In this document: positions 12,486 to 25,915 of the stretch, piece by piece
How the letters are laid out: every line of letters starts with the position of its first letter
Position numbering within the stretch: position 1 is the first letter of the stretch
From: Octopus sinensis
Lineage: Eukaryota
Direction: 5' to 3'
NCBI RefSeq assembly: GCF_006345805.1
Contig: NW_021833416.1
Location: forward strand, 29,406 to 93,405
DNA length: 64,000 nt
Program-made: the position numbers and the translations under genes
Notes under the pieces: model-generated
Told to the model about the DNA's origin: nothing
Seen by the model: only the letters and a program-made list of their open reading frames with translations
Databases searched by the model: none

Positions 12486-13415
12486 ATATATAAGAGTGTA
12501 TTTATGTGTGTATGCGTGTGTGTGCATGCTTGTATATGTGTGTGTATGTGTGTATACACATATACTAAATACATATATATATATATATATATATATTGCA
12601 TATTATGATTGTTCATAATAACGCATAGATATACATTTTTATGAAGCAGCTCTCATACCTCTCTTCTGCACACATACACACACACCACACACACACACAA
12701 CACACACACAACACACACAGGGCACATAAGCGCATGCGCATATATATCCATATTTCTATGTGTAATCATGTTCGTAATTATTGCTGAAATTGAAATATAT
12801 ATTGTACAAAATAGGTAAATTTGTGTTCTATATTTATTCTGGAGACTATGTGTAATTGTGAATTTCCTATTTTCTGGGATTTTTTTATATTATTATTATC
12901 TACCAGATATGATGAATTATATTGATTTAGTGAAAAGATTCAAACTAGAAGCAATGAACATTACTGTTATACATAAGTATATATAAACTTAAATATATAG
13001 TAATATATAAGTGTGCATATGAGCGAGTATTTGCCGGTGTACGTGTGTATATATATATATGTAAATATTAATATATACATATTTATATATACCAATATGT
13101 GTGTGATGCTGTGTGTGTGTGTGTGTGAGAGTGTATATGTGTGTGTGTGGCCATGTATCCGACTCTCAAAAAACGCTCCACGTTCCGCATGTTTATATCA
13201 TCATCATCATCATCATCATTGTCATCATCATCGTCGTAGTCGTCATCATCGTTTAATGTCTGCTCTCCATGTTAGCATGGACGGAATTGTTCGACATGGA
13301 TCTGTCTAGTCGCCAACTGTTTGTTGTGACATGGTTTCTTACGGCTGGATGCCCTTCCTAACGTCAACCAATATATTTTATATTTTTTATATATACATAT
13401 TTTATATATTTTGTA

Positions 13416-13468
<53 letters not shown>

Positions 13469-13523
13469 ATATATATAATATATATATATATACATATATA
13501 TATATACATATATATATATATTA

Positions 13524-13634
<111 letters not shown>

Positions 13635-13754
13635 GAATGTATGGTGTTTATCTTGCAAAAATATATGTATAAAGTAGTGATCTCCTTCTAAAAATGATGA
13701 ATAAATAATATACAAAGAATTACTTCGACGGGAGTATAGCATTCATAGTTCATA

Positions 13755-14052
13755 TCATCGTGATCACCGTGACCGACCAGGCTATCAGATGTTGCTACAC
13801 ATCGCTGGCCACAATGCGTTTCGCATTGTTTTAGTCTTCAAATGACGCCATCCCGCTGGCAAAGCGAGCAGGCCGACAGAAGAAAGAGTGAGAGAAAGTT
13901 GCGGCGAAAGAGTACAGCAAGGTTCGCCACCGCCCCCTACCGGAGCCTCGCGGAGCTTTAGGTGTTTTCGTTCAATAAACACTCACAACGCCCGGTGCGG
14001 GAATCGAAACCGTGATCCTACGATCGCGAGTCCGCTGCCCTAACCACTGGAC
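13755..14052 (-). mobile_element. SINE family C copy (tRNA-like head at 14000-14052)
   Basis: Reverse complement A-box/B-box head GGTCCAGTGGTTAGG...GGTTTCGATTCC; body shared with 27905-28100, 59491-59790, 60044-60347. Confidence 0.8.
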
Positions 14053-14421
14053 CTCTAAAGCATGAACCAAATTGTTCATGAACGCAGAACTAACAACACA
14101 TGCCCATTTATCCGGCTCTCAAAACATGCTCCACGTACCGCATGTTTATATCATCATCATTATCATCATCATCATCATCATCATCATCGTAGTCGTCATC
14201 ATCGTTTAACGTCTGCTTTCCATGTTGGCATGGAATAGATTGTTTGACAATAAAAGTGTTCCCCAGTTTATGTTTAGGAAAGAGGATATAAAGTTGCTCA
14301 TCCGTACAGAGAGGACAGAATGATTTCCCTTTGTCACAGGGGAATGATCTATATAAAAATTTTCCAATCTAAAGAAAAAGGTTTGTTAGAGTATTTAAGG
14401 TGTCAAATTTCGCCAACCGAC

Positions 14422-14491
14422 ATTTCAAATCTGTAGAAGATAATCCAATATAAATCCAGTTATATTGGATTATCTTCTACGGATTTAAAAT
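14422..14491. repeat. Near-perfect inverted repeat (hairpin), 27-bp core stem, 6-nt loop
   Basis: AAATCTGTAGAAGATAATCCAATATAA-atccag-TTATATTGGATTATCTTCTACGGATTT (one G.U pair). Confidence 0.9.
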
Positions 14492-15614
14492 CACAATGAT
14501 ACCTGAATAGTTACGAGATTTGATTAATAAATGGGACCTTCCAAGATATAAATAACTGCATGGCATTTTGGGTAAACATTTTACCGTAGCATTCCACTGG
14601 TCTAAGGCTTGCAAGTAAAATTCGTCTTTCTTACAATAATATCACGCTGACTCTGCCTGAAGATCGCGTAAAAAGCACTGCATTGCAGGATAATCAGCCA
14701 CATATAACTTAACGCGCAAGTAGAGAAGGTTTCGAAGATCTGAGATAAAGACACAGCTAATGTTTTTTGTGTAATCATATCGTTGTGTGTAAATGTATGC
14801 TGCCTAAGCATACACACAGGTATACATATATATATATTCGTGTTTATATATGTGTGCATATAGGTTCCATTGCGATACGTTAATATAAAATAAAATGTTG
14901 GGAACCTTCCAAGAGTTGGCAAGACATTCGCATTGTTTGCTACAAATGTGTTATAAAATTGTACGATTGTGGTGCAATCATTTTGCAAATAAATACACGA
15001 AGAAGAAGAAGGCTCTGGTTGGATGGATGGATGAATGGCAGACGATACAAGTGGGAACAGAATTGATAGGATGCATTTGAGAGAAAAAAATGACAGGAGA
15101 TGTGGAAAAGGGAAGGAAATTTGAATGAATTATTATTACAGACGTAGGAAAAGTAAAAGTATATACAACTGGTTTCAAATGGGAGAAACTTGTAACAAGA
15201 AAGACAATGAATTATAAACGTAGGAAAAGAGATTCACCGCTGTAATGAAATTGAATAAAATTATAGAAACAAAAAGAAACACTGGTAAGTTGTGAAAGAT
15301 GGGAAAGGATTACTTTTCTTTTTAATTTATTATTCGGAAAATATGTATGAAACAGAAAGAAAACAGTCTGACAGGAAAGAAAAACTGTAAGAGGAAGAGA
15401 GGCAGACACACGGACTGACATGCAGGCAGGCAGAAAGTAAATATAGACGGATGGATAGATGGAAAGATAATAAAAATGAAAGATAGACAGAAAGAGTGAG
15501 AGTAAAGAGAAATAAAAACAAGATATATACGGATGCGTACATAAACAGAGAAATAAATAGAGATAGAGGAGGACGTGCGAATAGATGGATGGACAAACAG
15601 ACATAGAAAGATAA

Positions 15615-15673
<59 letters not shown>

Positions 15674-15712
15674 TATAGATAGGTAGATGGATGGATAGAT
15701 AGATAGATAGAC

Positions 15713-15746
<34 letters not shown>

Positions 15747-15793
15747 ATAGATAGACAGATATATATATATATATATATTTATAGATAGAAGAG

Positions 15794-15841
<48 letters not shown>

Positions 15842-15888
15842 TGACAGACAGACAGACAGACAGATAGATAGATAGATATATAGATAGA

Positions 15889-15925
<37 letters not shown>

Positions 15926-15929
15926 TGAC

Positions 15930-15989
<60 letters not shown>

Positions 15990-16724
15990 GGATAACCATC
16001 AACAGACAGCTTAAAATGTCATTCCAAATAACAGTTCAGTTCATTTGCCAAACGTCTGTAAGGTTTTTCTCCTCCTCTTTTTTGGCAGCAAAGTCAACAG
16101 GCAGACGACGGTACACCCAACTGGAAACAGATGTTGTGTAGCCGCCATTGCTTACGCATTCTTATTTATTTATCTCTTGTTGGGAAAGTTAATTCCCTTT
16201 CCATCCTTCACCTCTTCCCGCTTCTTGTTGGAAGAATCAGTCGGGGAGCTAAGATTGATATTTCTTCGCTTAGCATGTGTTTGTTTGTGGTTCAAATATT
16301 GGTTCTGTTGAATATTTCAATGTTGTGAAACCAATGCTATGGTTTATAAGAGCGGTCCTCGGGGGGTTCGACGAAATTTATGCTGGTGACAAAAGAGAAT
16401 GCGAATGCTAGTCTCAAAATGAAAACAAAAAATTGATCTGGTTTTGGTGGTCCCAACACATTTGAAATGCTGAAGGTGATGGAGATAAGATAAAGGGTAA
16501 GAGATTGTCTTTTTGGAAAATATGTCACACACGTTATTCTATAGAATGAATAAGATTTGTGTGTATGGAGAAAATCAATGAAAGGAACGGTGGTAATAAG
16601 AGCTATAGCAGAGTTTACAGTTTGTGTGTTCTGGTACAGAGATTATTAGGGGCAAAAGAAAAGAAAAAAAAAGGGGACAAATACAGTGATTTTTATTATC
16701 GCTAATATCACAACTCACATATAG

Positions 16725-16920
16725 ATGGCAAGCTGAATCGTTGGCACGCCGGGAAAGATGCTTAGCAGTATTTCGTCCGTCTTTCCGTACCGAGTTCAAA
16801 TTCCGCAGAGGTCGATTTTACTATTCGGAGTCGATAAAGTAAGTACCAGTTTTGTACTTGGGTCGATGTAATCGACTTACCCCTCCCCAAAATTACTGGT
16901 CTTGTGCCAAAATGTGAAAC
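16725..16920 (+). mobile_element. SINE family B copy
   Basis: GGCAAGCTGAATCGTTGGCACGCCGGG...GAGTTCAAATTCCGCAGAGGTCGA...AAGTACCAG...GGTCGATGTAATCGAC. Confidence 0.85.
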
Positions 16921-16986
16921 CAATATCTCTACTTAATGGGGTAACTTCATTGAACCGTGAAGATCCGAGCATTCTGCAAGGTTTCT

Positions 16987-17270
16987 GTACATTATTTACA
17001 TTATTTACATTTGACGGATATTTGTCCTCATCTTGTTTGTTGTTAACACAAAGTTTCCAGCCTTCATCAAGTGTCTTGAGGAAATTTCGAACCTGGGTTC
17101 TCATGCCTAAGGTATTTTTCGATGTTGTCGTTATTATTATTATTATTATTATTATATTTTTATTTTTTTATTTTTATTATTATTATTATTATTATTATTC
17201 AGGTCACTGCTTGGAATCGAACTCGTAATCTTAGGGTTGGTAGCCCGCGCTCTTAACCGCTACGCCATAT
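16987..17270 (-). mobile_element. tRNA-headed, HHR-bearing composite element, copy with deleted ribozyme stem II; inverted tail fragment at 17271-17338
   Basis: Minus strand: TGGCGTAGCGG (A box), GAGTTCGATTCC (B box), (AAT)n, GACAC-TTGATGA-AGGCTG-GAAAC-TTT-GTGTT, tail GAGGACAAATATCCGTCAAATGTAAATAATG; the same tail occurs inverted immediately 5' of the head. Confidence 0.8.
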
Positions 17271-18041
17271 GAGGACAAATATCCGTCAAATGTAAATAAT
17301 GTAAATAATGTACATTATTCCTCATCTTTTGAATATAGAACTGGAATATTTGTGTAGTTTGAGTAATACCTGGAATCCCAGCAAACTGGTGATGCGGAAT
17401 GAGATGACTGGCCGCTGAAAATTTAATCAGATGACTGGATATTTTGGTGACAGCATATTTTAGAACTAGAGGCAAACACACGCATGTGGGTAGAAATAAA
17501 TGCATACAGATACGAAGAGTTAGAGCGTGAGAAGTGGAGAGAGACATTACACTTTACTTCTCCTCATAAACATAGAGTCAAATATACTCCTTCACATAAT
17601 GAGGAATGGAAGAGAATGACTACGATAGAAGCATTAAAACGACTGGAACGTTAAAAGAAGAAAAACAGTAAAACGTCAGAGATCAAATGCATCAGCGTCA
17701 AATCACAGACGACGAAAAGGCGGAGCCAAAACGACTGTGCCAAAACACCTCAAGCCCTGGTGATAATTATGCCCCAACAAAAATTAGCCCACCAATTCAT
17801 TATTAATTTCATAGAGTTCTTTATAGGGGTAGTTTTGGACTGGGGTACTCGATTGCTGTTTTGGAGCTATTCTTTGCCTTTCTACTGAAGTCACGACGGA
17901 CCATCGAAAGAATTAGGCACTGAAGTCCAGCTTATAAATTTGCCCGTCACTCGACCCGAATAAACGCGGAAAGTGTCTCCGGAATGCTGATTATATCTGC
18001 TCAGAATCCAGTTGGCATATAAGTTATGATTTTAAAAATAT

Positions 18042-18252
18042 TCAGACAAATACGTAACAAAGACACCAGGACTTACTAACACATATAATATACAGAAAAT
18101 TGCACTACTAGGCACTGCACACACCCTACGCAGAACACCTTAATACAGTAACCATCAGAGCATCACAACAAATCACAGCACATACCCAAGGCACACAGAG
18201 CTGCGCTCGGTAGTGAAGTGAAAGCACGCTATAAAAATAAAACTACTGAATG

Positions 18253-18318
<66 letters not shown>
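18042..18318 (+). mobile_element. R4/Dong-like (RLE-type) non-LTR retrotransposon 3' end with (TAA)n tail
   Basis: SDKYVTKTPGLTNTYNIQKIALLGTAHTLRRTP* matches the R4/Dong C-terminal QKxxLLGTAxILR motif; followed by a 3' UTR and (TAA)n. Confidence 0.75.
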
Positions 18319-18319
18319 G

Positions 18320-18718
18320 ACTTTAACCAGTTGAGCATGTCCCTTAGTGGCTGACGATATGTGCATCTCTGATCACGAGCAGAAGTAGTGGGGGAGCATC
18401 ATAGCCATGTGTTGAGAGGGATTCTTTGGGGTTTGTTTGAATAATTCACCTCTGGAAACATGGGTGTTTCGTTCAACATCCTTAAACAACCCTTATTCAG
18501 AGACCTTTCGAGTGGGATGGGTTACTCGATCTAAAGAAAATTCTAACTGGGCTCCACCTGCAAGGTCATGTGCTGTTTATCTTGATATGAGATCACCATG
18601 TCGCGCACATATGGTTGTGATGCATGTGCCTGGTGTACCTTTATCAGACGGGTAGTCATGATGGGTATATTGGGCTTCGTATATTTTACCCCAGTGTCAC
18701 TTTGATGGCATGAACTGC
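18320..18718 (-). mobile_element. Probable LINE-derived 3' fragment embedded between (TAA)n tracts
   Basis: Non-microsatellite, moderately GC-rich block bounded on both sides by TAA repeats; minus-strand reading nearly open (..KNPSQHMAMMLPHYFCS*). Family not assigned. Confidence 0.45.
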
Positions 18719-18719
18719 T

Positions 18720-18737
18720 ATAATAATAATAATAATA

Positions 18738-18783
<46 letters not shown>

Positions 18784-18813
18784 GAAATAGTAATAGTAAT
18801 AATGATAATAATA

Positions 18814-18844
<31 letters not shown>

Positions 18845-18882
18845 TAATAATAATAATAATAATAATAATAGTAGTAGTAGTA

Positions 18883-18915
<33 letters not shown>
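18720..18915. repeat. (AAT)n/(AGT)n microsatellite
   Basis: Direct reading. Confidence 0.95.
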
Positions 18916-18918
<3 letters not shown>

Positions 18919-20086
18919 TGATGACATAAATATTTCAGGTGTAATGGAATGAGAGTTCATGCTGACTTCGCGGATGAAATGAAATCACTTCACTCTTATG
19001 AGGGTAGAGTTAACGTGATATGGGGTGAAATCTTTTCGACTGAACTGATTCTCCCCCCACCCTTTTCATCCTTCCGGTAATCGATAAAAAAATAAAGTAT
19101 CAGTGAGTAGAAAATATCGATTCAATCAAGATAGTGTACACGTTCCCCGTCCTTCACATAAGATCTCATAAAAGGAGAATTTTGTGGCCTTGTGCCAAAG
19201 CTGTAAATCATTATTACTTCATCTTGAATACGTAGAGGAGAAAAGACGAAAACAAACGCACAAAATAAATAAACACAATTAAGAAAAGGAAATAGAAACG
19301 ATGAATGAATAAAAGAGAAGGCAGAGAGAGAGAGAGTACTCGAGGCAAAGGGAGCTTGATACATTGGGAAGTCATACGAGTAGCATCTCTTGTTTTTAGT
19401 TGTGTTACCATTATCTGCTTATATATCTGTGTAACTGAAACATCTAGCATGGTATAATTAGACATTTTCTACCATCTAACAGATGAATTATCTGCAGCTG
19501 TACTAATGTCAAATGCGTTCTCGTTTCGGCTGCCAAAATTTTTTCCACCATTTTGTTGTTCTTCAGCTTTTCAAGCAAGCATACATACATACATACATAC
19601 GTATATATACGTCCATAAATGCATACGTACGCACTTATAATATACATGCGCTAGTGCATGCGTTCTCACATACATGCACACACTGAGAGACAGCCAGACA
19701 GACAGGCAAACAGACAGACAGACAGACAGACATACAAGGAGGAAGACAAACAGACAGATATTGAAAGTCGTACGTTGGTATATAGAACAAAGCAGGTATC
19801 ATTCTAGTTGTTTATGTACACATGAATTTCTTATATATATTATATAGAATTCTCCACGATTCATGCTTTGTTTATAAATCTTTCTTTCTCCTTCAATCTT
19901 TCCCGATATATATATATGTATATATATGTGTGTGTGTGTATACGTATGTGTGTATATGTCTGTGTATGCATATATTTCCCTTCTTTCCTGAGCGTCAAAT
20001 AATACTTTATTTGTTCCACGTCCTCGCGTTGCTGTTTTTTTTTTGTTTTTTGTGTTTTTTTCTGTTTTCTTGATTATAGATATAAC

Positions 20087-20127
<41 letters not shown>

Positions 20128-20140
20128 GGTATATATATAT

Positions 20141-20213
<73 letters not shown>

Positions 20214-20649
20214 TGTATGTATGTATGTATGTATGTGTGTATGTGTGCGCGAAAGACTTAGATAAAGTTGAAGCAGCAAGTCAGTCCGGTATTATCTGCA
20301 CAGCTCGAAGTAATTGAATAAAATCAAAATAAGCAACAGGATATCAAGTGATGCAGTACGACCGTTTCAAGCGGTTCCATTTAATTGAACAATGCAACCA
20401 TTATCTCAATTAAATGCAGTGCCATATATATATATATATATATATAGATAGATATATATATATTATATATATATATATATTATATATACGCACACATACA
20501 TAACAGCAGCTGTTTGAATAATTACCTGTTTTATAAGTAAAAAGATTAACTACTTATACAAGTACAAAAAAGTTCTTCAATGCGGTGCCCCAGCATGACC
20601 GAAGTGCAATGAGTGAAGCCAGTAAAAAAATAAAAGTGATATACATATA

Positions 20650-21058
20650 GGCGCAGGAGTGGCTACGTGGTAAGTAGCTTGCTTACCAACCACATGGTTT
20701 CAAACCCACTGCGTGGCACCTTAGGGCGAGGGTCTTCTACTAGAGCCTCCGGCCGATCAAAGCCTTGTCAGTGGAATTGGTAGACAGAAACTGAAAAAGC
20801 CTGTCGTATATGCATATATATATATATATATAATATATATGTGTGTGTGTGTGTCTATGTCCCCCACCACCATCACTTGGCAACCGATGTTGGTGTATTT
20901 ATGGCTTCCGTAACTTAGGGGTTCGGCAAAAGTACAGATTGAACAAGTATTAGGTTTACAAAGAATACGTCCTGGGGTCAGTTTGTTCGCCTAAAGGCGG
21001 TGCTCCATTATGGCCGCAGTGAAATGACTGAAACAAATATACGAATAAGAGAATAAAA
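20650..21058 (+). mobile_element. SINE family A, full length
   Basis: Head GGCGCAGGAGTGGC, internal (TA)(TG) tract, tail GGCCGCAGTGAAATGACTGAAAC. Confidence 0.9.
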
Positions 21059-22149
21059 GAATATATATGTGTGTGTTTGTGTTTGTGTGTGTATGTGTGA
21101 ATATGTGTGTATGTTTGTACGTGTGCGTATTTACCTTTCTCGATTTCTTGCGTTTGTTAGTAGTCATGTGGTATTTATAATAGAAATCTTTAAACATATG
21201 TATACATCTGTATATTTGTGTAAGAGCAGTGTCTTTTCTTTTCACTGTTATTCACTATAGATTAATATGCATCCATATATTCCTGCAATGTGTAGATGTG
21301 TGCGTGTATATATGTGTGTAATATCTGTACATAAGAGACAGGAAGGTGATACCTTCAACCAGATGGTGAACAGATATACGTTACGTATTTGTCTGTCTGT
21401 TCACATGCGTGTGTTTCTGTGCAAAAATTTACCCGTGTGTTTTCGTGAATGTAAGTTTTAGGGGCTGAATGTATGTGTTCGTATATGATGAGAGCCTGTG
21501 TGTATATGATCCTCTGTGCGTGTGTGTATATGATCCTCTGTGCGTGTGTGAGTAGCGTTTGTAAATATATGTGCGTGTGTCGTATATATTGGTGTTTATG
21601 TAAAGCAGCTTGCAATTGCAAAGAGACTCGACGCAGCAGGAAAACTGGTACAAGCGCTGTTGATTCGCTGATTACTATTCTTCCCTAGGCTATCACCTCA
21701 CAACACACCAATACAGTTTAAATAATACAGTCACACAGAACAACTTACACAGCTTTCTTCACCTATCTGCAGGCAAAACACGTTTTGTCTTCCCAAGTGT
21801 TTCATGCTGTCCAAATTTTCCAAACTTGTGACATAAACTCTGAAGATATTTTTTTCTTTAATATTTTTTTATGTACTTTTCTAAACTTACTTTAGGTTTC
21901 TTTTGTCAGATTCTGTTTAAACAAGTAGGTTTAACCCTCGATCAATACTCTCCGAGCAAAATTATGATCAAAGTTGGTCTAACTGAGATTATCTGCTTTT
22001 TATTTTTAGTTTTCTTGTATTTGTCTTTAACTCTAAGGACATTCTCTGATATGGCCTTTCTTGCAAATGATATCAATGCGTAAATTGAGGAATATTTCAC
22101 TGCTATTTCTAGTCGATTAGGCAAACATCTAGGTTTTCTTCCTCTACCA

Positions 22150-22700
22150 TTTGTCTCTCTCTCTCTCTCTCTTCTCTCTTTCTCTATCTCTCTCTCTTTT
22201 TCTGTTTATCTCTTCCTTCTGTCTCTCTTATATCTCTCTTTCGCACTCTCTCCCTCCTTCTATTATCTCTTTTTCTCTCTCTCTCTCTCTCTCTTCTCGC
22301 TCTGTCTGTCCGCCTGTCTCTCTTCTTGTTCATTTCCTCTTTCTATCTCTCTTTATCTCTTCCTTCTGTCTTCTCTATCCGTCTTCCCCTCTCTCTCTAT
22401 CTCTCTCTCTCTATCTCACACACCCGCTCTCTTTATCTTCTCCTGTCTTCTCTATCCGTCTTCCCCTCTCTCTCTATCTCACATACGCTCTCTGTTTATC
22501 ACCTCTTTCTAACTTCTCTATCCGTCTTCCTCCCTCTCTCTCTCTCTCTCTCTATCTCACGCACTCTCTCTGACTGTTTATCTTCTCTTCCGTCTCTCTT
22601 CTGTCTTTCTTTCTATTTCCCTTCCTCTTTCACATTTTCCTTTTCCGCTCTCTTTCTCACTTTCTCTCTTTCCTTCCCCCCCATTCTCTCACTCTCTCAA
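22150..22700. repeat. CT-rich low-complexity tract with internal units (TCTTCTCTATCCGTCTTCC three times)
   Basis: Direct reading. Confidence 0.9.
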
Positions 22701-23328
22701 TCTCCTTCCTCACCATTATTTATTTATCTATCATTGACTCCGACCGAGAATAATTATATATAAATAACCTTGACGCTCTCTTGTGAAAACTTCGTTACCC
22801 TTAACGTTCTAAAGAAGTGGTCGATGGCAAAATCGATAGAGCGCTGAAAAAGAATAATTGTATCCCTTTCGATCATGAGGTCTAATCTTACAGAACACCA
22901 ATTTTCATCTCATTCTCTCATGGCCTATACTATACATATATTGGAGTCGGTTAAAAAGTGTGCAAGTAAAGCTTCGTGGTAAAAGACTCTACTTTGCAAA
23001 TTCGTAATTTCCATTTCAGGCCCAATGTGCAGAATATTTCTTCTGCAGTAACCCGATTGGGACCAAAATAAACAGAGCGTAATTTGGTAAACGGACGCTT
23101 CCTGCTTTCTAGTAGTAGAATTAAGCTATCGTTCGGTTTAACACCTCCACCTACCAAATGGATGGCTTTAATGGCGTCCACTCTGATTTAAACATTTCTG
23201 GTCTGAACATGAATTTCTACTTCCTGCTTCCGGTCTCGAAAACCCGGAAGTGAGTCATGAATACTGCTTTATTTTTCTTTGATCAAGTTATAAAAAGGGG
23301 GACAGCATTTACTAATATTTACTATGTA

Positions 23329-23732
23329 GGCGCAGGAGTGGCTGTGTGGTAAAGTAGCTTGCTTACAAACCACATGGTTCTGGGTTCAGTCCCACTGTGT
23401 GGCACCTTGGGCAAGTGTCTTCTACTATAGCCTCGGGCCGACCAAAGCCTTGTGAGTGGATTTGGTAGACGGAAACTGAAAGAAGCCCGTCGTACATATA
23501 TATATATATGAGTGTGTGTGTGTTGTGTGTGTGTGTGTGTGTTTGTTCCCCCAACATCGCTGGACAACCGGTGCTGGTGTGTTTACGTCCCCCGTAACTT
23601 AACGGTTCGGCAAAAGAGAGACCGATAAAATAAGTACGAGGCTTACAAAGAATAAGTCCTGGGGTCGACTTGCTCGACTAAAGGCGGTGCTCCAGCATGG
23701 CCGCAGTCAAATGACTGAAACAAGTAAAAGAG
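23329..23732 (+). mobile_element. SINE family A, full length, close to the other intact copies
   Basis: Complete head, body and tail AAATGACTGAAACAAGTAAAAGAG. Confidence 0.92.
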
Positions 23733-25426
23733 TATATAATTTAAAAATCCAGCGTTGATGATTTTTTCAGGTATAAAATTATTCCCATATTCCTCTGCGA
23801 CTTAACACAAAACGCGCGCACAGGAGATCATTATAATAGTTCATCTTGGAATTGAGATTGTGAGAATTTCGATACGTGAGACTGTTGATTTTAAGAAGTT
23901 ATTGCTCTAAAAGGCGCATAAATAACTAAGGAAATATGATGATCATTAATGTAAAAATCAAACTGGAACATATGACATATATAAGCTAAACAGTGATTAC
24001 AACCCTTATAAAATAAACGGAGACCTGCTGTTATCTTTATTGTTGCTGCACTATTTACTGCTGTTTGTTGATCTTGCTTAGTTCCATATAAGCCTTTATA
24101 GAACAGAAATAAGATCAAAGTTACTCTGTATGTAAAAAAAATCTTGTCTTTATGGGGGTATGTAGAACTGTGTTAGCTCATTGGTGTTTTCTGCTCATGC
24201 AAGTCAGTAAGATAGGATTTGTGAGAGCTGTTTGTCACCCACAGAAGATTATTATACCATCTGGATGTTATAGGGTTTTGCAGATGCCTCCTAAGACGCA
24301 TGAATTTGTTCGCCATTAAAGCCATTAAAAATTTGTATTTGATGTTGTATTTGGAAAATTCAATGAAGCTGAATAAGTTAGCAAATAAGAAATCTTAAAA
24401 TTGAAATGAAATAATTGTGGAACGCCTGGGATAGCTTGAAGTATTAATCGATAAACTGCTTGGAACAAACAGAAATTTCGTTCGTAACTGTGGGCTTATT
24501 CCAGGTAACCCGAAAAGAAGATCTACAGGTGAATACAATCGTGAACACCGCCAACATTCTCTGCGAAATTTCCATTTGAAAAAGCACATAAATTGCTCGT
24601 TCGTATCAGATTGCTTGATAAAGACCCATTTAAATGCATGGACACGTAAATAATATTTATGGTGACGATAATGATAATAATAATAATAACTTTTATTTAT
24701 ATCTATTGTCATATATGACAGCCGTTTGACAGGTTTTGAAATAGCCACTATTTTGCAATACGTTACTTAAATACGTTTTATGTGTTTATCATTACACATT
24801 ACGTGTTTGCCATTACTATATCAAAGTAAGCGAACGTAATTTATAACTATACGCATTTGTCTGCTGGGGACAAGAAATTTTATATGCTTTTCCTTTATAT
24901 TCTACTTTCATCGCAGAAATTTATTTCAATATAATTATTGTCATAACTGTGGGAGATGTTTCCTTCCCAATTTTATGGCTAATTGCCTCTTTTTAGAAGG
25001 AATGTAATGTAAAATTATTTAGAACATTAGAAACAATTTATCTCCAGTTATTAGACAGCGGCCATGTTAAGGAAGTCCCTTGAAGTAATTTAGTCGAAGG
25101 AATCAACTTCAGTATTTATGTATTTTTAAGCCTGGAACTTATTCTATCGATCTCTTTTGCAGTGCCGCTACGTGGAGATCGAAAAGAGACACAGAAACAC
25201 CCTCTCATATATGTATGTATGTATATATGTATGTATGTATGTTGTATCTATCTATCTATCTATCTATCCATATATATATATATATATATATACATGCATA
25301 CATACATATATATATATTAATATATATATATATATACATACACATATATATATATATTTATATGTATATATATACACATTTATATGTATATATGTATATG
25401 TATATATGTATGTATATATGTATGTA

Positions 25427-25476
<50 letters not shown>

Positions 25477-25786
25477 TATTGTGTGTGTGTGTGTGTATGC
25501 GTGTGTAGATAGATATATATGTGTGTGTATATGTATATAGATATTTATTTAGAATAAACAACATTGCGATTATTTGTGTCCTAATGAGTCATGCTAGGGC
25601 TTCTTTATAGAATAAAAACCGAGTATGCGATAACAGTGGCCATACCAGCAAGGGTTAACCTTTGATTTGATTTATCCTTCATGGACCGTTTCTGGAATCG
25701 GTTCGATATTTGGAAAAAGCAGATGAAAGACAAAGCGATATTGTTGCGAGTACGATACGACTAAAGCGAGTGTCTTATACGAAGTA

Positions 25787-25915
25787 CAGTATTGCCTCGA
25801 TATACGAATTGTTCTCCGAGTTGTTCCCCGGGAGCGCTCGTAAAGCGAAAACTCGTAAAGCAGAGAAATGATTTCCCATAATAGCAATGTTATCAATGGT
25901 AATTCGTTCCCAGAA
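25787..25915 (+). mobile_element. Tigger/pogo-like DNA transposon terminal fragment
   Basis: TA followed by CAGTATTGCCTCGATATACG...CTCGTAAAGCGAAAACTCGTA...TTTCCCATA...CGTTCC, resembling Tigger-type ends. Confidence 0.6.
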
